A stretch of 64,000 nt of DNA from Lentisphaeria bacterium (GTDB lineage: Bacteria > Verrucomicrobiota > Lentisphaeria > Victivallales > Victivallaceae): positions 6,324 to 70,323 of the forward strand of contig JAFTUS010000117.1 of assembly GCA_017466125.1 (NCBI GenBank). The letters run 5' to 3'. A program made the position numbers and the translations under genes. The notes under the pieces are model-generated. The model had not been told where the DNA came from. It did no database searches and saw only the letters and a list, made by a program, of their open reading frames with translations. Position 1 is the stretch's first letter; every line of letters starts with the position of its first letter. Below are positions 49,488 to 59,478 of the stretch, in pieces.

Positions 49488-50117
49488 ATGAAAAGAAAAT
49501 TCACCCTGATCGAACTCTTGGTCGTAATCGCAATCATTGCAATTCTCGCCGCCATGCTGCTGCCCGCGCTGAACAAGGCGCGGGATAAGGCGCGCAGCAT
49601 TGACTGTCTCAACGGGCTGAAACAGTTGGGATTGGCATTTATATTTTACGCCGACAGTTACAACGGTTATTTCCCGGCTGTTGAACCGACCGGCTCAAGT
49701 TGGAAAACTCTTTTGGCAAACAGTTTAAATATTTCGACCACCAATGATAATCATTTGAAAGAGTTGGGAAAAACTTATCGCTGCAAAGCCAACATCCCCA
49801 CCAATCCGGCTCACATGGATCATCTCAACTATGCGATGAATACCCATATCCAATGGTACGCCACGGAATATGCTTCCGTTACAAAAATAAAATACCCCAC
49901 GTTGTGCGCTCTTGCTTCAGAGGGCTACTATGCCTCGTATGGTTTTGCCAATGGCTTCAGTACTTTTAAATTTGACTTTATTTTCGTTACACACGGCGAC
50001 GGTCAAAGTACAGCACCGGTACTCTACGTTGACGGTCACGCGATGACGACCCGGCGTGCAGATATTGACACCTATCGTAAAGTTCCCTTCTGGTATGGAG
50101 ATGATGACGACCGATGA
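49488..50117 (+). CDS. Prepilin-type (DUF1559/H-X9-DG-like) protein
   Basis: FTLIELL..C.N.LKQ, YAMN, H..LYVDGHA; ATGA-coupled to the GH gene. Confidence 0.92.
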   Translation: MKRKFTLIELLVVIAIIAILAAMLLPALNKARDKARSIDCLNGLKQLGLAFIFYADSYNGYFPAVEPTGSSWKTLLANSLNISTTNDNHLKELGKTYRCKANIPTNPAHMDHLNYAMNTHIQWYATEYASVTKIKYPTLCALASEGYYASYGFANGFSTFKFDFIFVTHGDGQSTAPVLYVDGHAMTTRRADIDTYRKVPFWYGDDDDR

Positions 50118-53100
50118 AAAAATTTCTCTCTCTTCTTCTGTTGTGTTCCTCTCTGCTGGTACAGGGTGCGGAACTGCCCGCCTCGCTCAAGGTGAAAAAT
50201 GCCGGGAGTTTTCTCTGGGACGGCATCACGCTGGAATATTCCACCATTTTCGGCAACTGGCAGGTTCCCAAAATCGCCGCCGCTGAAACGCAAAAGGGTG
50301 AAAACAATGCTGTTACACTTGTTTCTGCCGCAGATTTCAAGGGTGCGGCGGGCGAATACAAAACGCTCATCACTCCGCTGTCGGCAAACCGTTTCAAACT
50401 TCGCATCACCCCCGCAATTCCGGCGGATGTAAAAATTACGGATCGCTATTTTTCCGTAACCATTCCTTCAAAACTTGCCCAAAAACTCTCTTACAAAGGA
50501 GCAAAAGTCAACGGAACGTTTGAGTTCCCTGCCGAATACAGTAAAATGGCAGTTTTTCAGCAGAAGGGAGTTTCCGAAACGGCAGTTGAACTGACCAACG
50601 GCGAAAAATGGCTCTTCCGCTCCGCAGGACGGGTTTACGTTCAGGACAACCGCCGTTTCAAACTCAACTCCTTCAACATCCGTTTCTTCGGCAAAGTTCC
50701 CTTTGAAATCGAAGTGGAACGGCAGACCGCACCCGCCGCAGAACTGCCCGCCGCACTCAAAATGAAAAATGCCGGTTTTATCTCATGGAACAAAATCGAC
50801 TTTGCTTTCACCTCGATCTACAACGGTTGGAACGCGGGGCGGATCGGACCGGGAAAAATCATTCCGGGAGCAAACAACGCCGTTACCCTGACCTCCCCCG
50901 TGGATTTCAAGACCGAAAGCGGTTCTTATACCACGACGCTGACTCCGATCAGAAAGAACTGTTTCAAAATCAAAATCACCCCCGCTGCGCCGCCGACGGT
51001 CAAGGTCACACAGCGTTACTTCTCGGTCATTGTGCCGCTCTCCCTCGCCTCCGCCGTGGAATACAAAGTTTCCGGCAAAAAAGAACTCCAGCGGTTCAAC
51101 TTCCCCGACAAAGAGGGCAAAATGGCTCTCTTGAACCAGTCCGGCATCACAAGTGTCACTTTACTGCTCGCCAACGGTGAACGGCTGGTATTCAACTTCA
51201 AAGGACGCCTCTACATTCAGGACAACCGCCGCTTCAAACTGGATAACTTCGGCTTGCGTTTCTTTATGCCGATGCCCTTTGAAGCCGTTGTGGAACGGCA
51301 GGAACAAAAATCCATTCCCGTTCCGCTTGCCGGCAGTGCAAACCGCTCCTTCCGTGACGATGTTGCCGATGACCGGCAGGGCGGCTGGACCGATCAGGGG
51401 GCGGGAAACGATTTCCGCATGTTCCCTGCGGGCAAACACAGTTACAGCGGTCTTGACTTCACTGTTACCGATGAAGCAAAGTCCAAACAGCCCGGTGCGA
51501 TCATCGTCGCCGGAGAAAAACGGGGGTTTGCCCCCGCTGAAGTCGAACTGCCGCTGCCCTCCGTAACAGCACGGGGTATTGCCCTGCTCCACACCTCCGC
51601 CTGGACGCCCCCCTCCGGCAAACTCGGGGAACTGGAAGTGACCTACTCCGATACCGGCACAGAAATCTTCCCCATCCGCGGCGGCAATGAGTGCGGCAAC
51701 TGGTGGAATCCGGGCGATCTGCCCAATGCAAAAGCCGTATGGCGTTCCAGTAATCCCTCCGTTCCGGTGGGATTATATTTATCCACGTTTTCCCTGCGCG
51801 GCAAAGAACCCCGCCGCCTCCGTTTCCGCATCACCGATCCGGAAACGTCATGGATGATCGCCGCCGTCACCCTGACGGAACAGCCCGTAGTCCTGCCCAA
51901 ACGCATCCCCAAAAAATTCATCGCCCGGGCCAATAAAGAGTGGGTCGCTCTGGACTACAAACGCAGCATCACCCCCGGCAGTCCGCTGGACTTCTCCTTT
52001 ATCGGAGCAAATGAGGCCCCCGCCGGAAAATACGGCTATGCCCTCCCCCGCCCCAACGGTTCGCTCGGGTTTGAAAAGGCTCCGGACAAGCACTTCCGCG
52101 TCCACGGCGTGAACCTCTGCGAAACGGCTCTCTTCCCCGAAAAAAACGAGGCGGACAAACTGGTAAAATTTCTGCGGGCGCAAGGTGTCAATACCGTCCG
52201 TTTCCACCACCACGACAACGGTCTTGTTGACCCCAAAGCCGCCGACTCCGTCACCCTGAACAAAACAAATCTCGACAAACTGGATTATCTTTTCGCCAAG
52301 TTGAAAGAGAACGGCATCTACATCACTTTTGACTTCTACACCAGCCGCAAACTCAAACCCGGCGACAACATCCCGCTTTTCAAAAAATTCCCCAAACTCC
52401 GTTCAAAGTACGGCATGATCATCTGCAAAGAGGGCATCGAAAACTGGAAAACCTTCGTCAAACGCTGGATGACCCACAAAAACCCCTACACCGGACTCAC
52501 ATGGGCGGAAGATCCCGCCATCCTCTTTGCCAATATCGTCAATGAAGAGTCCCTCTTCTATATCTGGAACTTCGCCGATGTGAAACCGGCATTGACCGAA
52601 CTCTTTCTGGAACACTGCAAAGAAAAGGGTATTCAGGATACGCGGGTCAGTCTGGGCAATCTGCATTTCGCTAAATTTCTGCACCACCTCCACACCGTCT
52701 ATCTGGATGAAATGACCCGTTTTCTCAAAGAGGAACTCAAGATAAAATATCCGCTGACCAGTATCAACCACAACGGCAATCTGGCGACAACTCTTCTGCG
52801 TGACCGTTTCGACGTGGTGGACGATCATGCGTATCACGACCATGCCAGTTTTCCGGTCAATCCGTGGGGAATGCCCTGTGCCTACGGTCAGGACTCCACC
52901 ATCAATGCCGAAGCCAGTCTGCCCGGATTTCTCTCTCCGGGACGCATCTACGGCAAGCCTTTCTTTATCACGGAATTCAACTTCTGCGCCCCCAACATCT
53001 ACCGTGCAGAGGACGGGCCGCTGATGGGGGCCTACTCTGCATTGCAGGATTTCAGCGGACTTTACCGCTTCAACTTCTCCAGTTCAAACAAACGTTTCCT

Positions 53101-53890
53101 CTCTTTGAAAGGCGGGCTTATTCTCTTTGAGTCCGTCAACGATCCCGTCATGCAGCTCTCCGACCGTATCATTGCGGCACTTTTCGTCCGCAAAGATGTG
53201 AAAGCCGCTGCCGAAAAGTACAGTTACACCATTCCGCGTGATTTCTATTCAAAGACCCGTGACATCGGTTTCCCGGCGATCCGTCCTCTGCGGTGCATCA
53301 CCCAGATCGGCGCAGTCTTTGACGACCGTCCCGTTCCGGGGGTGGAACCCTTCGACAAAGTGACAGATCCCCACGTGAAAAACCTGCTGGAAAACTTCCG
53401 CAAAACCGGCGTCGTTGTAAGTTCGACCGGCGAACTCAGACTGGATACGAAAAAGACCACCTTTACCGTGGAAACGCCCCGTTCCGTCAGCGTGACATTG
53501 AAAGAAGGTAAACTTTCCAGCGGCACTTTGACCGTTTCCGGGGCAGATACGTTCCAGACGCTCTTTGCCACCTCGCTTGACAACAAAACACTGAAAGAGA
53601 GCAGATCCGTGATGATCCTTCACCTGACCAATGTCATGGCGACCGGCGACACCTTTGCTGATCAGGACTTGAAACTGCATATCAAGCACGGGACTTCCCC
53701 GCTTCTGCTGCGCCGCGCCGCCGTGGATGTCGAATTGAAAACGCCCGCGCCCTTCAAAGTCAAAGCGGTCAATATGCAGGGCGATACCGTCGGAGAGATC
53801 CCGGCAAAATGGAGCAACGGCATTCTGCGCTTCCGCGCCGACAATGGAGCTTTCAAAGGCGGCCTCGCCGGATACCATCTGACCCGGTAA
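50114..53890 (+). CDS. Secreted clan GH-A glycoside hydrolase with duplicated N-terminal domain
   Basis: Signal peptide; two 190-aa repeats; GGWTDQG..ND; VRFHH, NPYTG, VNE, HAYHDH, TEFN. Confidence 0.82.
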   Translation: MKKFLSLLLLCSSLLVQGAELPASLKVKNAGSFLWDGITLEYSTIFGNWQVPKIAAAETQKGENNAVTLVSAADFKGAAGEYKTLITPLSANRFKLRITPAIPADVKITDRYFSVTIPSKLAQKLSYKGAKVNGTFEFPAEYSKMAVFQQKGVSETAVELTNGEKWLFRSAGRVYVQDNRRFKLNSFNIRFFGKVPFEIEVERQTAPAAELPAALKMKNAGFISWNKIDFAFTSIYNGWNAGRIGPGKIIPGANNAVTLTSPVDFKTESGSYTTTLTPIRKNCFKIKITPAAPPTVKVTQRYFSVIVPLSLASAVEYKVSGKKELQRFNFPDKEGKMALLNQSGITSVTLLLANGERLVFNFKGRLYIQDNRRFKLDNFGLRFFMPMPFEAVVERQEQKSIPVPLAGSANRSFRDDVADDRQGGWTDQGAGNDFRMFPAGKHSYSGLDFTVTDEAKSKQPGAIIVAGEKRGFAPAEVELPLPSVTARGIALLHTSAWTPPSGKLGELEVTYSDTGTEIFPIRGGNECGNWWNPGDLPNAKAVWRSSNPSVPVGLYLSTFSLRGKEPRRLRFRITDPETSWMIAAVTLTEQPVVLPKRIPKKFIARANKEWVALDYKRSITPGSPLDFSFIGANEAPAGKYGYALPRPNGSLGFEKAPDKHFRVHGVNLCETALFPEKNEADKLVKFLRAQGVNTVRFHHHDNGLVDPKAADSVTLNKTNLDKLDYLFAKLKENGIYITFDFYTSRKLKPGDNIPLFKKFPKLRSKYGMIICKEGIENWKTFVKRWMTHKNPYTGLTWAEDPAILFANIVNEESLFYIWNFADVKPALTELFLEHCKEKGIQDTRVSLGNLHFAKFLHHLHTVYLDEMTRFLKEELKIKYPLTSINHNGNLATTLLRDRFDVVDDHAYHDHASFPVNPWGMPCAYGQDSTINAEASLPGFLSPGRIYGKPFFITEFNFCAPNIYRAEDGPLMGAYSALQDFSGLYRFNFSSSNKRFLSLKGGLILFESVNDPVMQLSDRIIAALFVRKDVKAAAEKYSYTIPRDFYSKTRDIGFPAIRPLRCITQIGAVFDDRPVPGVEPFDKVTDPHVKNLLENFRKTGVVVSSTGELRLDTKKTTFTVETPRSVSVTLKEGKLSSGTLTVSGADTFQTLFATSLDNKTLKESRSVMILHLTNVMATGDTFADQDLKLHIKHGTSPLLLRRAAVDVELKTPAPFKVKAVNMQGDTVGEIPAKWSNGILRFRADNGAFKGGLAGYHLTR

Positions 53891-53910
53891 AAGATAGTTG
53901 CAAGTGGTTC

Positions 53911-54237
53911 TGCGGGGAAGAAACCTTTTTGAAAAGGATAAAAAAATCCGCGCGCAGCGCGTACCCCGCCCCGGGTCGTACCCGGACGTGATCCAACGGC
54001 GGAACGTTGGTCGCCGCCTTAAAATGGCGGCGAAAGTATAAGCGAAGCGTCAATATTGCCGCATTTGCGGCAATACCTCTCGCCGGGAGCGATGCCCCGA
54101 TAAAAGAGCGCAGCGTATTTTATCGGGGCGTTGAGCGGACGGCGCATCCCGAAGCCCCTGTAAAAATCAGTCAACCTTTCGTACACAGCCTTTGAAAAAA
54201 GGTTATCTTCCCCGCACCCCATCTTCCAAAAACTTTT
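53911..54237. repeat. REP/MITE-like multi-hairpin element bounded by imperfect inverted repeats
   Basis: TGCGGGGAAGAAACCTTTTTGAAAAGG (53911-53937) and its near reverse complement at 54189-54216; at least five internal hairpins. Confidence 0.7.
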
Positions 54238-54436
54238 GCGTTGGAATTGCTTTTATCGTTCCGATAAAAACAATTCCGTTTGCCTCATTTGATTTATTTG
54301 CATAAAAAATGATTATTTTGTGAAATAAAATCTTTTGTTTCAACGTTTTTTTCTGAAAAGTTTGTAAAAATGATTTGTTTATCTCCATTTTGAGGTATAT
54401 ACTATATCAGGACACTTAAATCAAGGAGCAAAAAAC

Positions 54437-55459
54437 ATGAAAGTTTCATACGTCCTTTTTGAGGCAAAAGAAAAAGCCGTCCTGATCACCGAAGATTTTG
54501 ACCCGTCTCTTCAGCCGAATGAAGTTCTGGTCAAAGCCGATTATGACCTGATCAGTGCCGGAACGGAACTTGCCAATTACCACGATTTACCCAATACCAA
54601 CGTTTTCGGCGATGACAGAGGGATCTATCCCCGTTGGCCCGGTTACAGTGTCTCCGGGCATGTCGTTTCAGTCGGTTCTGCCGTGACCAAATTCAAAGCC
54701 GGTGACAATGTGGTCGTTCCCTGGAGCGGTCATCGCTCCTGGTTCAAAAAAGAAGAAGATAAACTTTTTCTCATTCCCGAAGGCGTCAGTCAGCAGGAGG
54801 GTGCTGTTGCCCACCTTGCCAGTTTCCCTTTTCTCGGCGTGCGTAAACTGCAGATCCAACTGGGCGAAGGGGTCATGGTCGCCGGTCTCGGACTTCTGGG
54901 ATTGATCGCTGTACAGCTTGCCAAACTTTCCGGCGGCTATCCCGTCCTTGCCTGCGATTTCTCCGAAGAACGGCGCAAACTCGCCCTCGAACTGGGCGCA
55001 GATCATGCCCTCGACCCCCGCGAACCGGATTTCATCGAAAAAGTCAAATCCCTGACCGGCGGAAACGGCCCCAATGCCGTGGTGGAAGTGACCGGCTATC
55101 TCTCCGGCCTCCAGCAGGCTCTCGAATACATCGCCCCCATGGGACGCATTTCCATTCTCGGCTGCACCCGTATTTCCGATGCCCCCATCAACGTTTACCG
55201 CTACATCCACGGCCGCGGCATCCAGATCATCGGCGCACACACCATGACCCGTCCGAAACAGGAGTCCCACCCCGGCTACTGGACCGAAAAAGATGATTAT
55301 GCGACTTTTATGAAACTGGTCAAGGCCGGTGTACTCAACGTAAAACCGCTGATCAACAAGATCGTCTCCCCACGTCAGACCCCCGAAGTTTACAAAGAAC
55401 TCGGCTTCTCCAAACAGCCGCCGCTGGGCGTTCTCTTTGACTGGACGGATTTTGAATAA
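54437..55459 (+). CDS. Zinc-type (MDR) alcohol/sugar dehydrogenase
   Basis: ISAGTE, PGYS..G, GLGLLG, VVEVTG. Confidence 0.88.
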   Translation: MKVSYVLFEAKEKAVLITEDFDPSLQPNEVLVKADYDLISAGTELANYHDLPNTNVFGDDRGIYPRWPGYSVSGHVVSVGSAVTKFKAGDNVVVPWSGHRSWFKKEEDKLFLIPEGVSQQEGAVAHLASFPFLGVRKLQIQLGEGVMVAGLGLLGLIAVQLAKLSGGYPVLACDFSEERRKLALELGADHALDPREPDFIEKVKSLTGGNGPNAVVEVTGYLSGLQQALEYIAPMGRISILGCTRISDAPINVYRYIHGRGIQIIGAHTMTRPKQESHPGYWTEKDDYATFMKLVKAGVLNVKPLINKIVSPRQTPEVYKELGFSKQPPLGVLFDWTDFE

Positions 55460-55472
55460 TAAGGAGGAATTT

Positions 55473-56492
55473 ATGGAACAGAAACGTATTCTCGTTGTCG
55501 GCGCAACCGGTGCAATGGGGCAATATCTCGTACCGATCCTTGCGGAAAACGGTCACAAGGTCGATGCTCTCGCACTCAATACGCTGGAGTACACCCACCC
55601 CAACCTCAACAGTTTCTCCGGCGATGCGCAGAACTATGAGTTCATGCGCAAACTCGTTACGGAAAACAGGTACGATGCCATTGTGGACTTCATGATCTAC
55701 AATACCCCCCTTCTGGCACAATGGCTGCCGATGATGGCGGCAAGTACCGGACACTACATCTATCTGTCCACCTACCGGATCTACGATAACAAAGAAGTTC
55801 CCATCAAAGAAACGTCTCCCCGTCTGCTCGACACCGCAGATGATGTCATTCTGCGCAACTCCGATGACTACTCCGTCTACAAGGCGCGCGGCGAAAATAT
55901 CATGCACGTTCTCCCCCGCAAAAACTGGACGATCATCCGCCCGGCGATCACCTATTCGCTTATGCGGTATCAACTCGTTACGCTGGAAGCCTTCCTCACT
56001 GTGGGCCGTGCTTTCGCCGGGAAACCGGTGGTTCTCCCCGCACAGGCAAAGGATATACAGGGCACAATGAGTTGGGCGGGCGACGTGGCGCAGATGATTT
56101 CAAAACTCCTCTTCAACGAAAGGGCCTTCGGCGAAACATTCACTGTTGCGACCGCAGAACACCACTCCTGGGGCGAAATCGCCGATTACTACAAAGATAT
56201 CTGCGGCCTGAAAACCGTCTGGGTCGATAAAGAGGACTTCCTTAAAATGCTCTGCGGTGACGGCTGTTCCCTCGGAGCCCGCTGGCAGTTGGAATGTGAC
56301 CGGCTCTTCACCCGCATCATGGACAACAGCAAGGTCCTCTCCGTTACCGGCATGAAACAGGAAAATTTGAAGCCGCTCTACGATGGTCTTGCCTATGAGA
56401 TCGGCCGCTGCCCCAAAGATCATAATTTCTGTTCCGCCGACTGGATCGCCGGGATGTGGAAACGGATGGATGAACTGGCAGAAAAGGCGTAA
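55473..56492 (+). CDS. NAD-dependent epimerase/dehydratase family protein
   Basis: GATGAMG, YSVYK, IIRP; SD AAGGAGG. Confidence 0.85.
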   Translation: MEQKRILVVGATGAMGQYLVPILAENGHKVDALALNTLEYTHPNLNSFSGDAQNYEFMRKLVTENRYDAIVDFMIYNTPLLAQWLPMMAASTGHYIYLSTYRIYDNKEVPIKETSPRLLDTADDVILRNSDDYSVYKARGENIMHVLPRKNWTIIRPAITYSLMRYQLVTLEAFLTVGRAFAGKPVVLPAQAKDIQGTMSWAGDVAQMISKLLFNERAFGETFTVATAEHHSWGEIADYYKDICGLKTVWVDKEDFLKMLCGDGCSLGARWQLECDRLFTRIMDNSKVLSVTGMKQENLKPLYDGLAYEIGRCPKDHNFCSADWIAGMWKRMDELAEKA

Positions 56493-56495
56493 AAC

Positions 56496-57527
56496 ATGAA
56501 AAAACTCAAAGTAATTCAAATCGGCATCCAGCACGAACACGCTACCGGGAAAATGAACACCCTCCGTAAAATGGAGGATATCTTTGAAGTGGCCGGTTAT
56601 GTGGATGACCGCAGTTTTTCCAGAACTTCCGTCTATCTGGCAAATGAGGACTTGCAGGCTTGGCCCTGGCCCTACTCCGGTCTGCGGGAATTCACGCTGG
56701 AAGAGGCTCTCAATTATCCGGGACTGGACGCCGTTCTGGTGGAAGTCCCCAACAACGATCTGGCTGAAATCGCATTGCTCTGCATGAAAAAAGGTCTTGC
56801 CATGCACGTCGATAAACCCGGCGGCGAAGATCCCGCCCGTTTCAAAGAATTGGTGGATGGCTGCAAAGCCGCCGATATTCCGCTGCAAATGGGCTATATG
56901 TACCGCGGCAATCCCGCCATGAACTTCTGCCGCAAACTGTTTCAGGAAGGTATCCTCGGCGACATCCTCGAAATCGAAATGGATATGAGCCACTGCTACG
57001 GCGGCGAACGCTATCAGCACTACCTTGCCGGTTTCAAGGGCGGAGTGATGTATAATCTGGGGTGTCACAACATCGACTTCATCGTCTCTCTGCTGGGGCG
57101 TCCCGATAAGGTCACGCCTTTCCTGAAAAACGTCAGAGGAACCCTCCCCGGTGCGCTCAACAACACTCTGGCAGTGCTGGAATACCCCAATGCGCTCGTG
57201 ACTGTACGTGTCAGCGCACACAGGGCTTGGGGCACGCGGAAACTGACGGTTGCCGGTACGGTGGGAACGTTTGAACTTTCTCCCCACGAACGTTTCGACG
57301 GAAAGGAACTGACCGCAACACTGCATCTGCGGGAAGACAGAGGGGAGTACAAAGCGGGCGTCAATCCGCTTACGTTCGGCAAACAGTTCGACCGTTATAT
57401 CGATCAACTGACCGAATTTGCACAGGTCATCCGGGGAGAAGCGACCCCTGCGTACAGTTATGAACACGAATATCTGGTCCACGAAGTGACCCTCGCTGCG
57501 GCCGGATGCACAACATGGAGCAAATGA
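56496..57527 (+). CDS. Gfo/Idh/MocA oxidoreductase
   Basis: DKP, GYMYR.NP, GGVMYNLGCH..D. Confidence 0.88.
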   Translation: MKKLKVIQIGIQHEHATGKMNTLRKMEDIFEVAGYVDDRSFSRTSVYLANEDLQAWPWPYSGLREFTLEEALNYPGLDAVLVEVPNNDLAEIALLCMKKGLAMHVDKPGGEDPARFKELVDGCKAADIPLQMGYMYRGNPAMNFCRKLFQEGILGDILEIEMDMSHCYGGERYQHYLAGFKGGVMYNLGCHNIDFIVSLLGRPDKVTPFLKNVRGTLPGALNNTLAVLEYPNALVTVRVSAHRAWGTRKLTVAGTVGTFELSPHERFDGKELTATLHLREDRGEYKAGVNPLTFGKQFDRYIDQLTEFAQVIRGEATPAYSYEHEYLVHEVTLAAAGCTTWSK

Positions 57528-58492
57528 ATTTTATGAAAGCAATGATCCTCGATGAAAAACTGAATTTCAAATGGGCGGATGTCGCCGACCCGGTCCGCAA
57601 GGAAGATGAAGTTCTCATTCAAGTCCACGCCGCCGCAGTGAACCGTGCCGACCTGATGCAGAAAGACGGCTGCTATGCCTCCCCCCCGGAGTGGCCTCAG
57701 TGGTGCGGTCTGGAAGTTTCCGGTATCGTTCTGGAGGCTCCCGCCGATGCGGAGGTCAAAGTCGGCGATAAAGTCTGCGCCCTCGTCGGCGGCGGCGGTT
57801 ACTCCGAAAAAATCGCTGTTCCTTCAGGCATGGTCGTCCCCATTCCCGAAGGACTTTCCATGGTCGAAGCCGCTTCCATTCCCGAAGTGTGGTCCACCGT
57901 CTATTTGAATTTGATGCTCGAAGCAGGCGGCATGAAAAAGGGTGATGTCTTCTATATGCAGGCAGGGGCAAGCGGTGTCGGTCTTGCCGCCATCCAGTTC
58001 GCAAAACTCATGGGTGCCGAAGTCATCACGACGATCGACTCCCCCGAAAAGGCGGAATTTGTCCGTAAACTCGGTGCCGACTATGTGCTGGACTACCGTA
58101 CCGAAGATGTCCGCCCGGTCATTGAAGCACATCCGCCGACCGTGGCACTGGACTGCATCGGCGGGAAATTGATGGGAGACTGTTTCAAAAACATGGTTTT
58201 CGGCGGCCGCTGGATCATGATCGCCACGATGGCGGGCGCAGAGACCACCATCAATCTGGAAACAGTCTGGCGCAAACGCATCCGTCTGATCGGCAGTACA
58301 CTGCGCAGCCGCACGGCGCAGGAAAAGAGCAATATCATGCACGCCTTGCAGAAAGAACTCTGGCCGCTTTTCAGTCAGCGCAAACTGATCAGCAACATCC
58401 ACGCGGTCTTCCCCATCGCTGAAGTGGAAGCCGCCCACGGCGTACTCCGCCGCGCCGAAAACATCGGCAAAGTCGTTCTGACTCTGGTCTGA
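57524..58492 (+). CDS. NAD(P)H-quinone oxidoreductase (PIG3 family)
   Basis: VNRADL.Q, GLEVSG, AGASGVG, GSTLRSR, NIGKVVL. Confidence 0.9.
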   Translation: MNFMKAMILDEKLNFKWADVADPVRKEDEVLIQVHAAAVNRADLMQKDGCYASPPEWPQWCGLEVSGIVLEAPADAEVKVGDKVCALVGGGGYSEKIAVPSGMVVPIPEGLSMVEAASIPEVWSTVYLNLMLEAGGMKKGDVFYMQAGASGVGLAAIQFAKLMGAEVITTIDSPEKAEFVRKLGADYVLDYRTEDVRPVIEAHPPTVALDCIGGKLMGDCFKNMVFGGRWIMIATMAGAETTINLETVWRKRIRLIGSTLRSRTAQEKSNIMHALQKELWPLFSQRKLISNIHAVFPIAEVEAAHGVLRRAENIGKVVLTLV

Positions 58493-58508
58493 TCCGAAAA
58501 CGACAGAC

Positions 58509-58555
58509 AAAGGACTGCTGCTTACCTTTTAAGGTTTTGCAGCAGTCCTTTCTTT
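58509..58555. terminator. Probable terminator between convergent operons
   Basis: 13-bp stem AAAGGACTGCTGC/GCAGCAGTCCTTT followed by a T-rich tail on the plus strand. Confidence 0.7.
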
Positions 58556-58584
58556 ATATCCCGCACCGGGGATATTTCAGTCAA

Positions 58585-59457
58585 TTACAGCACCGTGATA
58601 GTGAAGTCACCGACACCGACGGATTCCACCTGCCCCTTGCTCATCTTTTTGAGGATCAGTTCCGTGAATGATTTCTGCGCTGTGAAGACAAAAGTCACAC
58701 TCTGTACCCCCGCTTTTTTGGCACCGAAACCTTTGAGCCATTTCTGACCGGCGGTTTTGCCTCCGGCAAGATAGAATGCGGCCGCAGCCGGATTGTCAAC
58801 AGAGGCGATAACGTCAAGTTTCAACTGATATTTGCCGGCAGGGAACTCTTTGCCGAGTTGAATGGTATTCCAGGAATACTGACCGTTTGCAGCCGGGATC
58901 GCCGTTCCTTTTTTGCCTTCAAAGTCCACCGTGCAGGCGATTTTTGAGCGGCGTTCACTCAGCGGATAGGCGAAAACCTTGCCCTTGACGGCATCGGCAG
59001 CAGGGAGTTCAGAAGAAACGTAGTTTATACGGAGATCCTTGAATGCCAGAGTCGGAGCAGCCGTTTTGTCTGATTTCTTGAGCATAAACCCCTTCACCCC
59101 CGTCGGGGCATTGAATACGATTTTATGCTTGCGGGCCGTTTTGCCGCCCTTCAGGGCAGGACTGACTTGTTTGTGTTTGCCGTCAGCCATAATGAAATAA
59201 AACACTGCGGCGGCCTGTTCGCCTTCGGCAGTCAGAATTTCCATCGTGACGGTGTATTTCCCCGCTCCGCGCGTAAGCGGAACTGTCGCTCCGCCCCACT
59301 GCTTGTAAGAAGCATTGAGGCAAATGCCGCCATCCGCAGCGGCACTGAAACCGGCGATCGGTTTTCCGTTCTGGAACAAGGGAAGCACGATATCTTCCGC
59401 CCAAACTCCTGCCGACATACTCAATACGGCAACGACTGTGATCATGAACTTTTTCAT
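58585..59457 (-). CDS. Secreted hypothetical protein with two related beta-sandwich-like halves
   Basis: Signal peptide; AGKY...AAA.FY...F.A....LKK occurs twice. Confidence 0.65.
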   Translation of the reverse strand: MKKFMITVVAVLSMSAGVWAEDIVLPLFQNGKPIAGFSAAADGGICLNASYKQWGGATVPLTRGAGKYTVTMEILTAEGEQAAAVFYFIMADGKHKQVSPALKGGKTARKHKIVFNAPTGVKGFMLKKSDKTAAPTLAFKDLRINYVSSELPAADAVKGKVFAYPLSERRSKIACTVDFEGKKGTAIPAANGQYSWNTIQLGKEFPAGKYQLKLDVIASVDNPAAAAFYLAGGKTAGQKWLKGFGAKKAGVQSVTFVFTAQKSFTELILKKMSKGQVESVGVGDFTITVL

Positions 59458-59478
59458 TGTTTCAAATCCTTTCCTGAA

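Noticed and set aside
53809-54388. Several 60-67 aa ORFs, and a possible CRISPR array or tRNA
   Set aside because: The ORFs are translations of the repeat element; there are no regularly spaced direct repeats and no cloverleaf.
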